Of a stretch of 64,000 nucleotides of DNA, positions 38,866 through 47,563 are shown piece after piece; the stretch's first letter is position 1, and each line of letters opens with the position of its first letter. This DNA comes from an uncultured delta proteobacterium (GTDB lineage Bacteria > Desulfobacterota > BSN033 > UBA1163), in NCBI GenBank assembly GCA_963827685.1, contig CAWHBU010000005.1:310994-374993 (forward strand), written 5' to 3'. A program made the position numbers and the translations under genes. The notes under the pieces are model-generated. The model saw only the letters and a program-made list of their open reading frames with translations, was not told the DNA's origin and made no database searches.

Positions 38866-38975
38866 GATATTAGATTCCGCTTCTCTTGGAAAAACGAGAG
38901 GCCAAATGATTGGTTACCTTTTTAACATCAGAAAGATTCAGGTTGAAATTACCATTTTTTTCAATCCCCTCATAT
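38866..38975 (-). pseudogene. Probable 3' remnant of a DGC-domain gene
   Basis: Frame reads GIEKNGNFNLNLSDVKKVTNHLASRF, resembling DGC-protein C-termini. Confidence 0.45.
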
Positions 38976-39749
38976 AATCCCCAGGAGCTTCACCAGGAGC
39001 TGGCCCGCAAGGGCCCACATCAAAAGGCCGAGCCCGACCCTGATCATTTTAGTCTTGACTTTCATGCTGACTCTCGCCCCGAGATTTCCGCCGATTAGAA
39101 CGGCAACACCAGTTATCAAAATCAATAGAATATCAAGACGGTGAGATGCCGCATGGCCTATTATCCCGGCGAGCGCCGAGAAGGATATAATCAAATGCGA
39201 CGCCCCCGCTGCGAACTTCGTCGGGTACTTGCAGACATAAACCATGAAAGGAACGATGAGTATACCACCACCGACTCCTAACAAGCCGGAGATGACTCCC
39301 ACGGCGAAGCCGAAAAACGCAATGAGGGCGTACATGCCAGTAGAAAAGTTTTTTGGGGGCTTTTCTTCAACCTTCCCCTTTTCCCAATAGGCATAGACCA
39401 TCCTTGCTCCCACACCAACCAGGAAAAAAACGAACAACCATAATAAAATGGCAGTATTAACAAATTTGGCCAGCGCCCCTCCCATAAAGGCGCCGATGGA
39501 GATACCTGGTGCGAATATCAGGGACGTTTTGAAGTCAATCATCTTGTTACGGTAGAAAATATAACCTGCAGAAACCGAGGTTATCAGGTTCAACACCAGA
39601 GATGTGGAAGTCGAAAGCAATACCGGGTAAGCAAGAAGAATCAGCAGCGGGGAGTAGACCGACCCCCCGCCCTGGCCAAACATGGAGAATATAAAAGCTA
39701 TCACAAAGACAAAGGTGACGGCTAACAGAAGCGTAAGATTAATTTCCAC
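38970..39749 (-). CDS. Sulfite exporter TauE/SafE family protein
   Basis: GQGGGSVYSP and GLLGVGGGILIVP; GTG start after GGAGG. Confidence 0.9.
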   Translation of the reverse strand: MEINLTLLLAVTFVFVIAFIFSMFGQGGGSVYSPLLILLAYPVLLSTSTSLVLNLITSVSAGYIFYRNKMIDFKTSLIFAPGISIGAFMGGALAKFVNTAILLWLFVFFLVGVGARMVYAYWEKGKVEEKPPKNFSTGMYALIAFFGFAVGVISGLLGVGGGILIVPFMVYVCKYPTKFAAGASHLIISFSALAGIIGHAASHRLDILLILITGVAVLIGGNLGARVSMKVKTKMIRVGLGLLMWALAGQLLVKLLGII

Positions 39750-39780
39750 TGTTGGTCCTCCGTCGCATGACAAAGGTTAT

Positions 39781-39868
39781 AAGCCCCGCCTTGTATGCGG
39801 GGAACTTCATTTAGGTGGTCAAGAGGGTGTCTCCCTGCCGCGGGCGGGGTTTAATGCCCCGCCCGCGG
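39781..39868. repeat. IS200/IS605-like end hairpin plus perfect 12-bp GC hairpin
   Basis: AAGCCCCGCCTTGTATGCGGGG...GGTCAA matches the reverse complement of 47121-47142 with one mismatch; CCGCGGGCGGGG-7nt-CCCCGCCCGCGG at 39838-39868. Confidence 0.6.
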
Positions 39869-39900
39869 AGCTGAGCATCCCAAGTAAGTGGGATGCAAAT

Positions 39901-40503
39901 TTACTTCATGAAGCCGGAGCATGGTATGCATACTGGCTGTCCATCTTTCATATGCACATATCGCTCAAATACGTACTCACCGCAGATACTGCATTTGGCT
40001 TTGTTGAACGAGCCTTTCACAGGAGTAAACTTAAACTCAGGCTTCGGCTCAATCTTGAACATGAAGTCATCTGATTGTTCATAAACCCAGTTGATAACCT
40101 CATCTCCTAACTTTTGAGGAATCTGAGATGGCTCAACCCCCTTTTTTCGATAGGCAAAGAACTCAAATTTACCAAAGCCATCGATAAATTCAGGGTTAAG
40201 TGAATAGCGCACGGCACCCTTCTTGGGATGAAAGAAGGTGGCAGCAAGCTTGCCATAGAAGGTCTTTGCTACCAAGACCTTGCCATAGGTCGCTCCGGTT
40301 GCTACCTGCATACCGTCAACCATACAGGCTTGCGGATGCCCCTCGCCAATTTCAGGAAACACAAAGAAGCCGTGGTCCTTCTCGCGCTCTACTTTAAGGT
40401 ATTCCATTGCAAGCTTGCCCATCCGATAGCCAACTGGCATGAAAGGACAGCGATGACCGTGGAACTCAAATGCCCAATCAGGTGGAACGTATGTTGTTGC
40501 CAT
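39901..40503 (-). CDS. FmdE-family protein with C-terminal zinc finger
   Basis: EFHGHRCP, CMVDGMQVATGATYGK, CSICGE..CIPC. Confidence 0.88.
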   Translation of the reverse strand: MATTYVPPDWAFEFHGHRCPFMPVGYRMGKLAMEYLKVEREKDHGFFVFPEIGEGHPQACMVDGMQVATGATYGKVLVAKTFYGKLAATFFHPKKGAVRYSLNPEFIDGFGKFEFFAYRKKGVEPSQIPQKLGDEVINWVYEQSDDFMFKIEPKPEFKFTPVKGSFNKAKCSICGEYVFERYVHMKDGQPVCIPCSGFMK

Positions 40504-40642
40504 ATCTTTTTGCCTCCTTTTTACTTTTAACAAAATGTCGCCTAACAATGGCCCCAATTAACTTACCCGCCTTCGCCAATTGAATCACTCCACTTACATG
40601 ACTTCCACAATACCCCTCCTTTCTTTCGTTTCTATTCTTCTT

Positions 40643-40823
40643 TTATAGGGATGCCATCATTCCGCTGATATGGCCTCCGATACCAGCCAAGCAGAAAAAC
40701 TTGCCCATTCTGTCTTGAGTCAATTTAACTCCTGCTTGATTAGCAATCTGCCCGACATTGGAGCCACCCGAACACGGAAAGATCAATATCTCCGTTGGTT
40801 CGCATAAACATTTCTCTTCCATT
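40643..40823 (-). pseudogene. 5' half of DGC-domain putative zinc-binding protein
   Basis: IFPCSGGSNVGQIANQA..FCLAGIGG then TAA; DGC motif absent. Confidence 0.75.
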
Positions 40824-40839
40824 TTCGTTCCCTCCTTCT

Positions 40840-41070
40840 TCATTGAATCCATCCTTTGATCTCTTCCACTTTTGGGACTTTTCCCGCCACTTTCACCACG
40901 CCGTCTATCACCAGTGCAGGTGTGGACATCACCCCATAGCTCATGATTTTTTTTATGTCCTCGACCTTGGCGACTTCGGCCTCTTTACCACTCTGTCTCA
41001 CTGCTTCAAGGACATTTTGATATAGTTTGTTGCAATTGACACAACCCATCCCTAATATTTCGATTTTCAT
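40840..41070 (-). CDS. Small redox-active disulfide protein (Thioredoxin_3/MTH895 type)
   Basis: MKIEILGMGCVNC; paralog of 26561-26791. Confidence 0.9.
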   Translation of the reverse strand: MKIEILGMGCVNCNKLYQNVLEAVRQSGKEAEVAKVEDIKKIMSYGVMSTPALVIDGVVKVAGKVPKVEEIKGWIQ

Positions 41071-41119
41071 TTCATATTCTCCTTTCGCCTTGATTTTTAA
41101 ATCTTGCTCATAATTGGAA

Positions 41120-42067
41120 TCATAAAATGGCATTGAAGAGGTAGCCCACGATGATAATAGCCACAGTCACAATGCCTGCAAAAATCGCGATGAGTTTCGG
41201 TTTTATGACCTTGCGAAGAATAATCATCTCCGGCGTAGATATCGCTACGATTGACATCATAAAAGCCAGCGCCGTACCCATGGGCAACCCTTTTTCTACC
41301 AAAGCTTGAATAATGGGGATGGTGCCTGCAGCGTTGGAGTACAGAGGGATACCAATCAAAACAGCAATAAGCACAGCAAAGGGATTACCCGGCCCGGCGT
41401 ACTTCAACACAAAATCCATGGGGACATAACCGTGAATCCCTGCCCCGAGTCCGATCCCGATAAGAACGAACAACCATACTCGCCCAATAATATCTTTGGT
41501 GTAGTCCCGAGCATACGCAAATCGTTCCATCCAGGTGGGGGTAGCCATTGCGCTTTCGCCCATCTTAATCCGGTATACATAGTCTTCGACCAGATGTTCC
41601 AGCTTTAATTTCCCAATAATGATGCCACCGAAGAAGGCAAGGGTGACTCCAGTGGCAGTGTAGATAAAAGCAATCTTCCATCCAAAGAGACCCCAAAGCA
41701 TGACTAAGGCCACCTCATTCACGGTTGGCGAAGAAATCAGAAAAGAAAAAGTTACTCCTAACGGGAGTCCTGATTCTACAAAACCAATGAACATCGGCAC
41801 TGCAGAGCAAGAACAGAATGGTGTGACAATGCCTAAGCAAGCGGCCAGGAAATTTCCCACATACTCCCGCCGATTACCCAGTAGTTTGCGTGAACGTTCA
41901 GGAGGGAAAAAACTCCGGATAATTGCTACTCCGAATATAATGACGACCAGGAGAAAAAATACCTTCATAGTATCATAAAAGAAGAAGTCAAGGGCTTCCC
42001 CTAACATGGTCCCAGGTTTGATCCCCATTAATTGATAAACCAAACTATCAGCCAGATACTTTAACAC
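41120..42067 (-). CDS. arsP: ArsP/DUF318 permease
   Basis: TPFCSCSAVP, SSPTVNE, GIPLYSNAAG, STPEM. Confidence 0.9.
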   Translation of the reverse strand: MLKYLADSLVYQLMGIKPGTMLGEALDFFFYDTMKVFFLLVVIIFGVAIIRSFFPPERSRKLLGNRREYVGNFLAACLGIVTPFCSCSAVPMFIGFVESGLPLGVTFSFLISSPTVNEVALVMLWGLFGWKIAFIYTATGVTLAFFGGIIIGKLKLEHLVEDYVYRIKMGESAMATPTWMERFAYARDYTKDIIGRVWLFVLIGIGLGAGIHGYVPMDFVLKYAGPGNPFAVLIAVLIGIPLYSNAAGTIPIIQALVEKGLPMGTALAFMMSIVAISTPEMIILRKVIKPKLIAIFAGIVTVAIIIVGYLFNAIL

Positions 42068-42083
42068 GAGCCATCCTCCTCGC

Positions 42084-42113
42084 TTGGTGGTTAGTTGGCA
42101 AAAAAACCAACAA
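42084..42113. promoter_or_regulatory. Putative ArsR operator, copy 2
   Basis: TTGGTGGT-N14-ACCAACAA upstream of arsP. Confidence 0.55.
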
Positions 42114-42128
42114 TCGCTTTAAAAAAAA

Positions 42129-42449
42129 TCACTTGCACAAGCACGCTTGCTGCTTCTTCACATTGCTTTCTATTACTGCTGTCACGCAACTGAAAAAATC
42201 AGTTATACATGGTACATCAAGCCTATAGATCATATCGGTACCGGTTTTTCTCGATGAAATTATTCCCGATTCTTTTAGGACAAGCAGGTGTTTCGATACT
42301 GTCGATTTATCAAGCTTGAACAAATCGAATATCTGCGAGAAGGGATGTTCACCGGTTTTTAAAGTCTCAATCATCATCAAACGGACGGGATGAGCCATAG
42401 CCTTTATAATTTTGGATCTTATTTCCGCTTCTTCGAAGCTGATCAACAT
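42129..42449 (-). CDS. arsR: ArsR/SmtB-family regulator
   Basis: KAMAHPVRL, STVSKHLLVLKESG, C-terminal PCITDFFSC..ACLC. Confidence 0.88.
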   Translation of the reverse strand: MLISFEEAEIRSKIIKAMAHPVRLMMIETLKTGEHPFSQIFDLFKLDKSTVSKHLLVLKESGIISSRKTGTDMIYRLDVPCITDFFSCVTAVIESNVKKQQACLCK

Positions 42450-42460
42450 GACCTGTCTCC

Positions 42461-42498
42461 TTGTTGGTAATTATGACAACAAACCAACGACTTGTCAA
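42461..42498 (-). promoter_or_regulatory. Sigma70 promoter overlapped by putative ArsR operator, copy 1
   Basis: TTGACA-17nt-CATAAT on -; TTGTTGGT-N14-ACCAACGA palindrome. Confidence 0.7.
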
Positions 42499-42557
42499 GA
42501 CCCACAATTAAATATTTTTAAGAAAAAACCACCTTACTGACGTGGAGGCGATGCGAT

Positions 42558-43178
42558 TTACCCTGCCAGGCCATTTTCCAATACGCACCGAATACATGCC
42601 CTTTTCCCATCAATTTTGCGCAAAAGGTCCTTCTTGGTTGGCTCTCCGCAGAAATCACAGGTTCCAGATTCCATAATCCTGGCCTTGGGAGGAATATCTG
42701 GGAAGATTTCTTCAATCTTGAATATGGACTCAGGATCGGCATCAAGAATTTTTTGCACCCGCTCCTGCTGGAGTTTTCTGAATTGTGCTAATTCTTTGGG
42801 TGATGCCTCATCATTCTGAACCTTTCCAGAAAGGGAAAGAGATTCCGGGTCTATCTTGAAAGCATCGGGCCGGAGGCACACACGCATTGCCTTTCCTTTC
42901 TTTCTGTCCACAAGAGAAAAAGCATGCTTCCCGTAGTTCTTAAAAATAAAGTTTCCTTTACCAAAAGTGCATCCTGTCATCACTTGAATGGCATCAGCCC
43001 CACAGGCATCTGTTTCCACAATCGCAAGCAACTCTTCATCCGGTGCCTTCCGGACACCCAACCGTTCCATGAGGGTTCGAGCCGCTTGAAATCCAATAGC
43101 CAGCCCTGGACATATGTGACCATGAAATTCAACACATTTAGTAAACTCTTCACTTGATAAAATGGCTTTTCTTTTCAT
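42558..43178 (-). CDS. FmdE-family protein with C-terminal zinc finger
   Basis: EFHGHICPGLAIG, ETDACGADAIQ..GCTFGKGN, CDFCGE..CIRC. Confidence 0.9.
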   Translation of the reverse strand: MKRKAILSSEEFTKCVEFHGHICPGLAIGFQAARTLMERLGVRKAPDEELLAIVETDACGADAIQVMTGCTFGKGNFIFKNYGKHAFSLVDRKKGKAMRVCLRPDAFKIDPESLSLSGKVQNDEASPKELAQFRKLQQERVQKILDADPESIFKIEEIFPDIPPKARIMESGTCDFCGEPTKKDLLRKIDGKRACIRCVLENGLAG

Positions 43179-43274
43179 CTGGTTTTCCCTTCCTCTCCTT
43201 CTCTTACACATCTCACTCAGGCGCTGTTATATTCCCTGGCCTCTTTGGGATATCGATCGGACATGCCGATCATT

Positions 43275-44426
43275 CTATTTAACCGATTCTTCGGCTACCC
43301 AGATGGGTTCTGTTTGGCCATGATCTTCATGCCAAACATAATAGATCTTAGTGCCTACGATCTGGAACTGAGGATCGTATTTTCCATAAGATGATTTTGT
43401 TCTCTTCTCAGCTTTCCATCCCGTCTCATCCCTATTCATGACACCAGTCCATATCTGGCGATGTTTTCCATCCGACTGCTCCCAGACGTAATGGATTTTA
43501 TCGCCGCTCACCTGCAATTGAGGCGTATATTTTTCGAATGGACTTGTCGTCCTTTGGACGGCTTGCCATCCTGTCCCGTCAATGTTCATCTCGGCAGTCC
43601 ATATCTGGTATTTGGCTTTTCGCCAATCTGGACCGTCCGCCTCATGCCACGAGAAATAGATCCTTTCTCCATTTATCTGAAACTGCGGATTGTGCTTATC
43701 ATATGGGCTATTGGTTCGTTTAACAGCCTGCCACGCCGTCCCATCTCGATTCATCAATCCCGTCCACATTTGAAAATGGACTCCATCCGATTCCCTCCAG
43801 ACCAGATAGGTCTTTTCTCCTGCCGTCTGTAGCTGGGGCTCGAATTTATCAAAAGGGCTCGATGTTTGCTGGGTTGCCTTCCATCCTGTTCCATCGATGT
43901 TCATCTCGGCTGTCCAGATCTGTCTGTATTTTCCATCGGATTCGTTCCAGGTGTAGTAGACTTTACTTCCAACCACCTGAAGTTGAGGAAATTGTTTGTC
44001 AAAGGGGGTATTCGTCCGTTGAACCTCTTTCCACCGTGTCCCATCGATGTTCATCTCCATCGTCCAGATCTGCCGGTTCTTTGTTGCATCGGGCTGCTGC
44101 CGAACGTAATAAATCTTGTTTCCTACCACCTGAAGTTGAGGAAAGACCTTATCAAACTGGCCAGAGGTTCTCTTTTCTGCCTTCCAGCCTGTTCCATTGA
44201 TATTCATTTCCGCAGTGAAGATCTGTCGATAAGGACCATCATATTCATGCCAAACATAGTAGATCTTATCGCCCGAGACTTGGAATTGTGGCTGATAGCC
44301 TGTGCATGGAGTCCGAACTGCATTTAGATCTAAAGCCATTAAGACCGGTGGAGTAATAAATGGAAAAAGGATTAACACCAGCAAGACGAATACTGGATAA
44401 AGGAGATAGTTGGGCAATGGTCTCAT
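43275..44426 (-). CDS. Exported repeat protein, ~50-aa repeat x 6.5 (probable beta-propeller)
   Basis: Repeat PQ(L/F)QxxGxKIYYxWxExDGxxRQIWTAEMNxDGTGWxxxxRTxxxxDK. Confidence 0.8.
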   Translation of the reverse strand: MRPLPNYLLYPVFVLLVLILFPFITPPVLMALDLNAVRTPCTGYQPQFQVSGDKIYYVWHEYDGPYRQIFTAEMNINGTGWKAEKRTSGQFDKVFPQLQVVGNKIYYVRQQPDATKNRQIWTMEMNIDGTRWKEVQRTNTPFDKQFPQLQVVGSKVYYTWNESDGKYRQIWTAEMNIDGTGWKATQQTSSPFDKFEPQLQTAGEKTYLVWRESDGVHFQMWTGLMNRDGTAWQAVKRTNSPYDKHNPQFQINGERIYFSWHEADGPDWRKAKYQIWTAEMNIDGTGWQAVQRTTSPFEKYTPQLQVSGDKIHYVWEQSDGKHRQIWTGVMNRDETGWKAEKRTKSSYGKYDPQFQIVGTKIYYVWHEDHGQTEPIWVAEESVK

Positions 44427-44457
44427 TTTTACATCCCTCCTGTCAGCTCTGGATCTC

Positions 44458-44745
44458 TTAAATGGATTTTAAAAACTCTCTTACTTCTTTCTTACCTTCT
44501 TCCAACTCTTTTTCTTGTTCCTTATCTTCCATCAATAAAAGAGTCTGGAATTCTCCCGCATGGGTCTTCTCTTCCTTCGTTATATCGAGAAGGATCTTCC
44601 TTATGTTCTCGTTTTCCGTTAAGGCAGCCATTTGTTCATAAAGGTTTATGGCGTCCAGTTCTGCTATAATGGCCACTCTCAGTATTTCCTTGTCGATATC
44701 CTCTTTCGCTATTTTTTCAAGATTTAAAGGTATTTTCGATAGCAT
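44458..44745 (-). CDS. Short ferritin-like/rubrerythrin-family protein
   Basis: AIIAELDAINLYEQ..EEKTHAGEF. Confidence 0.85.
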   Translation of the reverse strand: MLSKIPLNLEKIAKEDIDKEILRVAIIAELDAINLYEQMAALTENENIRKILLDITKEEKTHAGEFQTLLLMEDKEQEKELEEGKKEVREFLKSI

Positions 44746-44793
44746 AATTTTTACCTCCTATAATACAATTTAATTGAAAGCGTTACCATGAGT

Positions 44794-45570
44794 TCATTTT
44801 CCTTTCCACACGGGGTGGCGTTTTTCAATAAAGGCGTTGATACCTTCGCGGGCGTCCTCAGTAGTGCATAACCTTGTCATGATTTCGCTATTGAGGACGA
44901 ATCTTTGGCGGAAAGGCATATCGATCATCTGGTAGTAAAATTCTTTCCCCATCTGAATGGCGATAGGGCTTTTATCAATAAGTTTTTGGGCAAAGGCAAA
45001 AGTTTCCTCTTCAAGTTTTTCTGCCGGCACGACCTTATTCACCAGACCCAATCGCTCCGCCTCTCTGGCATCAATCATGTCACCGCTTAAGAGCATCTCC
45101 AGGGTTTTCTTCTTGCCAAGGCCATAACTCATGGGGATGATTGGTCCGGTACATAGCAACCCTACATTAATCGCTGTGGTTCCGATTTGAGTCCCTTCAG
45201 CCACAACAGCAAAATCCGCAGCCGCCATCAATCCGGCACCGTTGGCAACCGCATACCCATGGACCATAGCAATAACAGGTTTCCCCATTGAGGCGATGGT
45301 AAAGTGCATCTGATCCATGAGGGTAAGCCACCTATGGTACTCGGAGGGCGTCTTTCCGTGAAATTCACCCACATCGATCCCTGTTGAAAAGACTTTACCC
45401 GCTCCTTTAACGATGACGACTCGGACCTCAGCGTCCTCATCCAATTGCCGCAAAGCAGTATTGAGTTCTTCAGCGATCTGGCTGTTAAACGTGTTGAACT
45501 TTTGTGGACGGTTGAGGGTGACGATGCCCATTTTGTCTTTCTTTTCAATTAGAACTGTATCAAAACACAT
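44794..45570 (-). CDS. Enoyl-CoA hydratase/isomerase family protein
   Basis: TLNRP, FSTGID, KPVIAMVHGYA, EDAREGINAFIEKR. Confidence 0.9.
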   Translation of the reverse strand: MCFDTVLIEKKDKMGIVTLNRPQKFNTFNSQIAEELNTALRQLDEDAEVRVVIVKGAGKVFSTGIDVGEFHGKTPSEYHRWLTLMDQMHFTIASMGKPVIAMVHGYAVANGAGLMAAADFAVVAEGTQIGTTAINVGLLCTGPIIPMSYGLGKKKTLEMLLSGDMIDAREAERLGLVNKVVPAEKLEEETFAFAQKLIDKSPIAIQMGKEFYYQMIDMPFRQRFVLNSEIMTRLCTTEDAREGINAFIEKRHPVWKGK

Positions 45571-45585
45571 AGAAACCTCCTTGAT

Positions 45586-46611
45586 CTATCCCTTGCCAAA
45601 AGGGCAAATGGGAAAATGACATGGATCGCAATTCCTGCAAAAACCCCCATGACCGAGAAGACTGATTTCTTTTCGCGTAAAGGACTCGCCGGCCAAAATT
45701 CTTGGGAAGATTATGTCAAACAGCGTTGCTCTGTGGTGAAAAACACAGGCAGGCAGACCCAAAATCGGTTTTCCGCCCAACGTCCCGTAGAGGAACATGG
45801 CACCTGGTAGTATTGGAGTGCCATAAAATATGATCTTTGTTCCTGCCCTCTTGATTCCTGCCCGCGTCACATCATCCGGATCAACGGAGAGTCCTCCGGT
45901 GACTAAGACCAGATCAACAGAGTCATCTTGAAGCCTGAGCAATGCCTGGGAGATTTGATGGACATCATCGGGTACCACCTCTTTTTTTACTATCCTGGAT
46001 CCAAAATGAATAATCTTTTTACCAACCATGCCATCAAATCGGTCTTTGATTCTTCCCTTAAAGATTTCGTTCCCTGTGATCACAACCCCGATATTCCATT
46101 TTCGATAAGGAAGAACTTCAAGGACGGGTCCTTCATTATTGCACAAGGACTCCGCTTTTCCGATCTGCTTTTCCGGGGCGGTCAGAGAAATAATTCGGGT
46201 CGCCCCTATGGCCATCCTTGGTGTGCATGGAGTGTATCGATGGATGGTGGAAAGAATGATATTTCTGGAAAGGTTGATACGGTGAAGGAGAGGAAGATTG
46301 ACCTTCAAAACACCGTTTATCTTGGAATGGAAAGTAACTTTGCCTTCGGAAGGCCCAGACATGTCGATATTTTTACCTGCGAAGACACGGCCCAATCGGA
46401 GAGCTGCCTCATCCTCATGGATGATTCCTGGTTTAAGATCCATCACATAGATATGTTCCTTACCGATCTTTAAGAATTCCGGTATGTCTTCCCCCCGAAT
46501 CAGATGACCCCGTTTAAACCTCGGCCCTTTATATTCCCCGGGGATGATCTGAGTGACGTCATGACCCAAGACCATGCCAATAGCGTCTTCTATTCTGATC
46601 TTTTTCATCAT
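45586..46611 (-). CDS. MoeA-like molybdopterin-binding protein
   Basis: GMVLGHDVTQI, TGGLSVDPDDVT, YGTPILPGAM, CHFPICPFGK. Confidence 0.88.
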   Translation of the reverse strand: MMKKIRIEDAIGMVLGHDVTQIIPGEYKGPRFKRGHLIRGEDIPEFLKIGKEHIYVMDLKPGIIHEDEAALRLGRVFAGKNIDMSGPSEGKVTFHSKINGVLKVNLPLLHRINLSRNIILSTIHRYTPCTPRMAIGATRIISLTAPEKQIGKAESLCNNEGPVLEVLPYRKWNIGVVITGNEIFKGRIKDRFDGMVGKKIIHFGSRIVKKEVVPDDVHQISQALLRLQDDSVDLVLVTGGLSVDPDDVTRAGIKRAGTKIIFYGTPILPGAMFLYGTLGGKPILGLPACVFHHRATLFDIIFPRILAGESFTRKEISLLGHGGFCRNCDPCHFPICPFGKG

Positions 46612-46648
46612 GGGTCCTTTGCTTTTGCTGCTTTTTTATGTTGCGGAG

Positions 46649-46942
46649 TCATATATCCGCCGCTACAAAATCGGTCAGGTCTTTCTCCCTCAAAAGACTT
46701 CTCTTCCAGGTCTCGATGGAAGGAATAATATAAGGTAAAAGTCGCATCGAATAATAAGGAGGAAGCAAAGGCAATCCTATCAGGTCTCCAAAGACGACCA
46801 GCATAAACAGATGATCTAAACTACCCCTCTCCTTTCGCAGTTCAAGATCCATCTCATGAACTGTCATGCCATATAGTATCTCTCTTAAAATTCTTGGAAA
46901 GCCTTTAAGCCTTGCAGCAAAAGAGGACATTTTTTCTCTCAT
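46649..46942 (-). CDS. Conserved hypothetical protein (FGDLIGLP..PPYYSMRLLPY family)
   Basis: Recognisable conserved motif; upstream partner gene appears degraded. Confidence 0.7.
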   Translation of the reverse strand: MREKMSSFAARLKGFPRILREILYGMTVHEMDLELRKERGSLDHLFMLVVFGDLIGLPLLPPYYSMRLLPYIIPSIETWKRSLLREKDLTDFVAADI

Positions 46943-47026
46943 CTATCGCCTCGTCAGAGAATCATCCCCAAAAAGACACGGGTCATAAGAGCTAAAATAG
47001 TGGGTGGCATGTTTACCTCGGTTAAA

Positions 47027-47161
47027 TTGAAGCTCCCCGACCACAGGCCGGGGCTTCCCGGGCACGCAGTGGCGAGAGGGTTACGAGCAAAGGAAATGTC
47101 GTTTAAATTGCGCCCCTTAACCCCGCCTACAAGGCGGGGCTTGCGGGGCACTTCCCGGTCA
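47027..47161. mobile_element. Non-autonomous IS200/IS605-like miniature element
   Basis: TTGA terminus plus two subterminal GC hairpins (AAGCTCCCCG..CGGGGCTT and CCCCGCCT-ACA-AGGCGGGG); no ORF. Confidence 0.6.
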
Positions 47162-47181
47162 TAAAGGGCATAGGAACATCT

Positions 47182-47547
47182 CTAAAATAATATGTAAAAA
47201 ATCTTATCTCCCCTTTTAGCCGCTCTCAGGATTTCCATATGCCTCAGCACAGCAAATTCCCTTCGCAATTCTTCCTCCGTCAGATGAAGATTCTTTATCA
47301 TCTCTTCAGCGGTGGCCTCCCCTCTTTCTTTAATGTAATTGACAATCTTAGATTGCAGGGGCGTTAGTGTTGAAAGTTTGTCCTTACCTTTTAAAAAAGT
47401 TTGAGCTGAACGAACCGCCCATGGATCACAGGCCTTGGGAGGGGATAGAAGATCCATATAACAGTCTTCACAAAATGTTTTTCCTTGATGTTCATAGCAT
47501 TGGGATTTTTCTATGCTCTTGTTACATCGCGCGCATTGGTATGGCAT
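47182..47547 (-). CDS. Zinc-finger (LIM-like) plus winged-helix hypothetical protein
   Basis: CARC..CEDC..KACDPWAV; ELRREFAVLRHME. Confidence 0.75.
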   Translation of the reverse strand: MPYQCARCNKSIEKSQCYEHQGKTFCEDCYMDLLSPPKACDPWAVRSAQTFLKGKDKLSTLTPLQSKIVNYIKERGEATAEEMIKNLHLTEEELRREFAVLRHMEILRAAKRGDKIFYILF

Positions 47548-47563
47548 CGCTCTTCCCTATTTT

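Noticed and set aside
46954-47151. 65-aa track ORF
   Set aside because: Mostly reads through the IS200/IS605-like miniature element; at best a short remnant of another gene.
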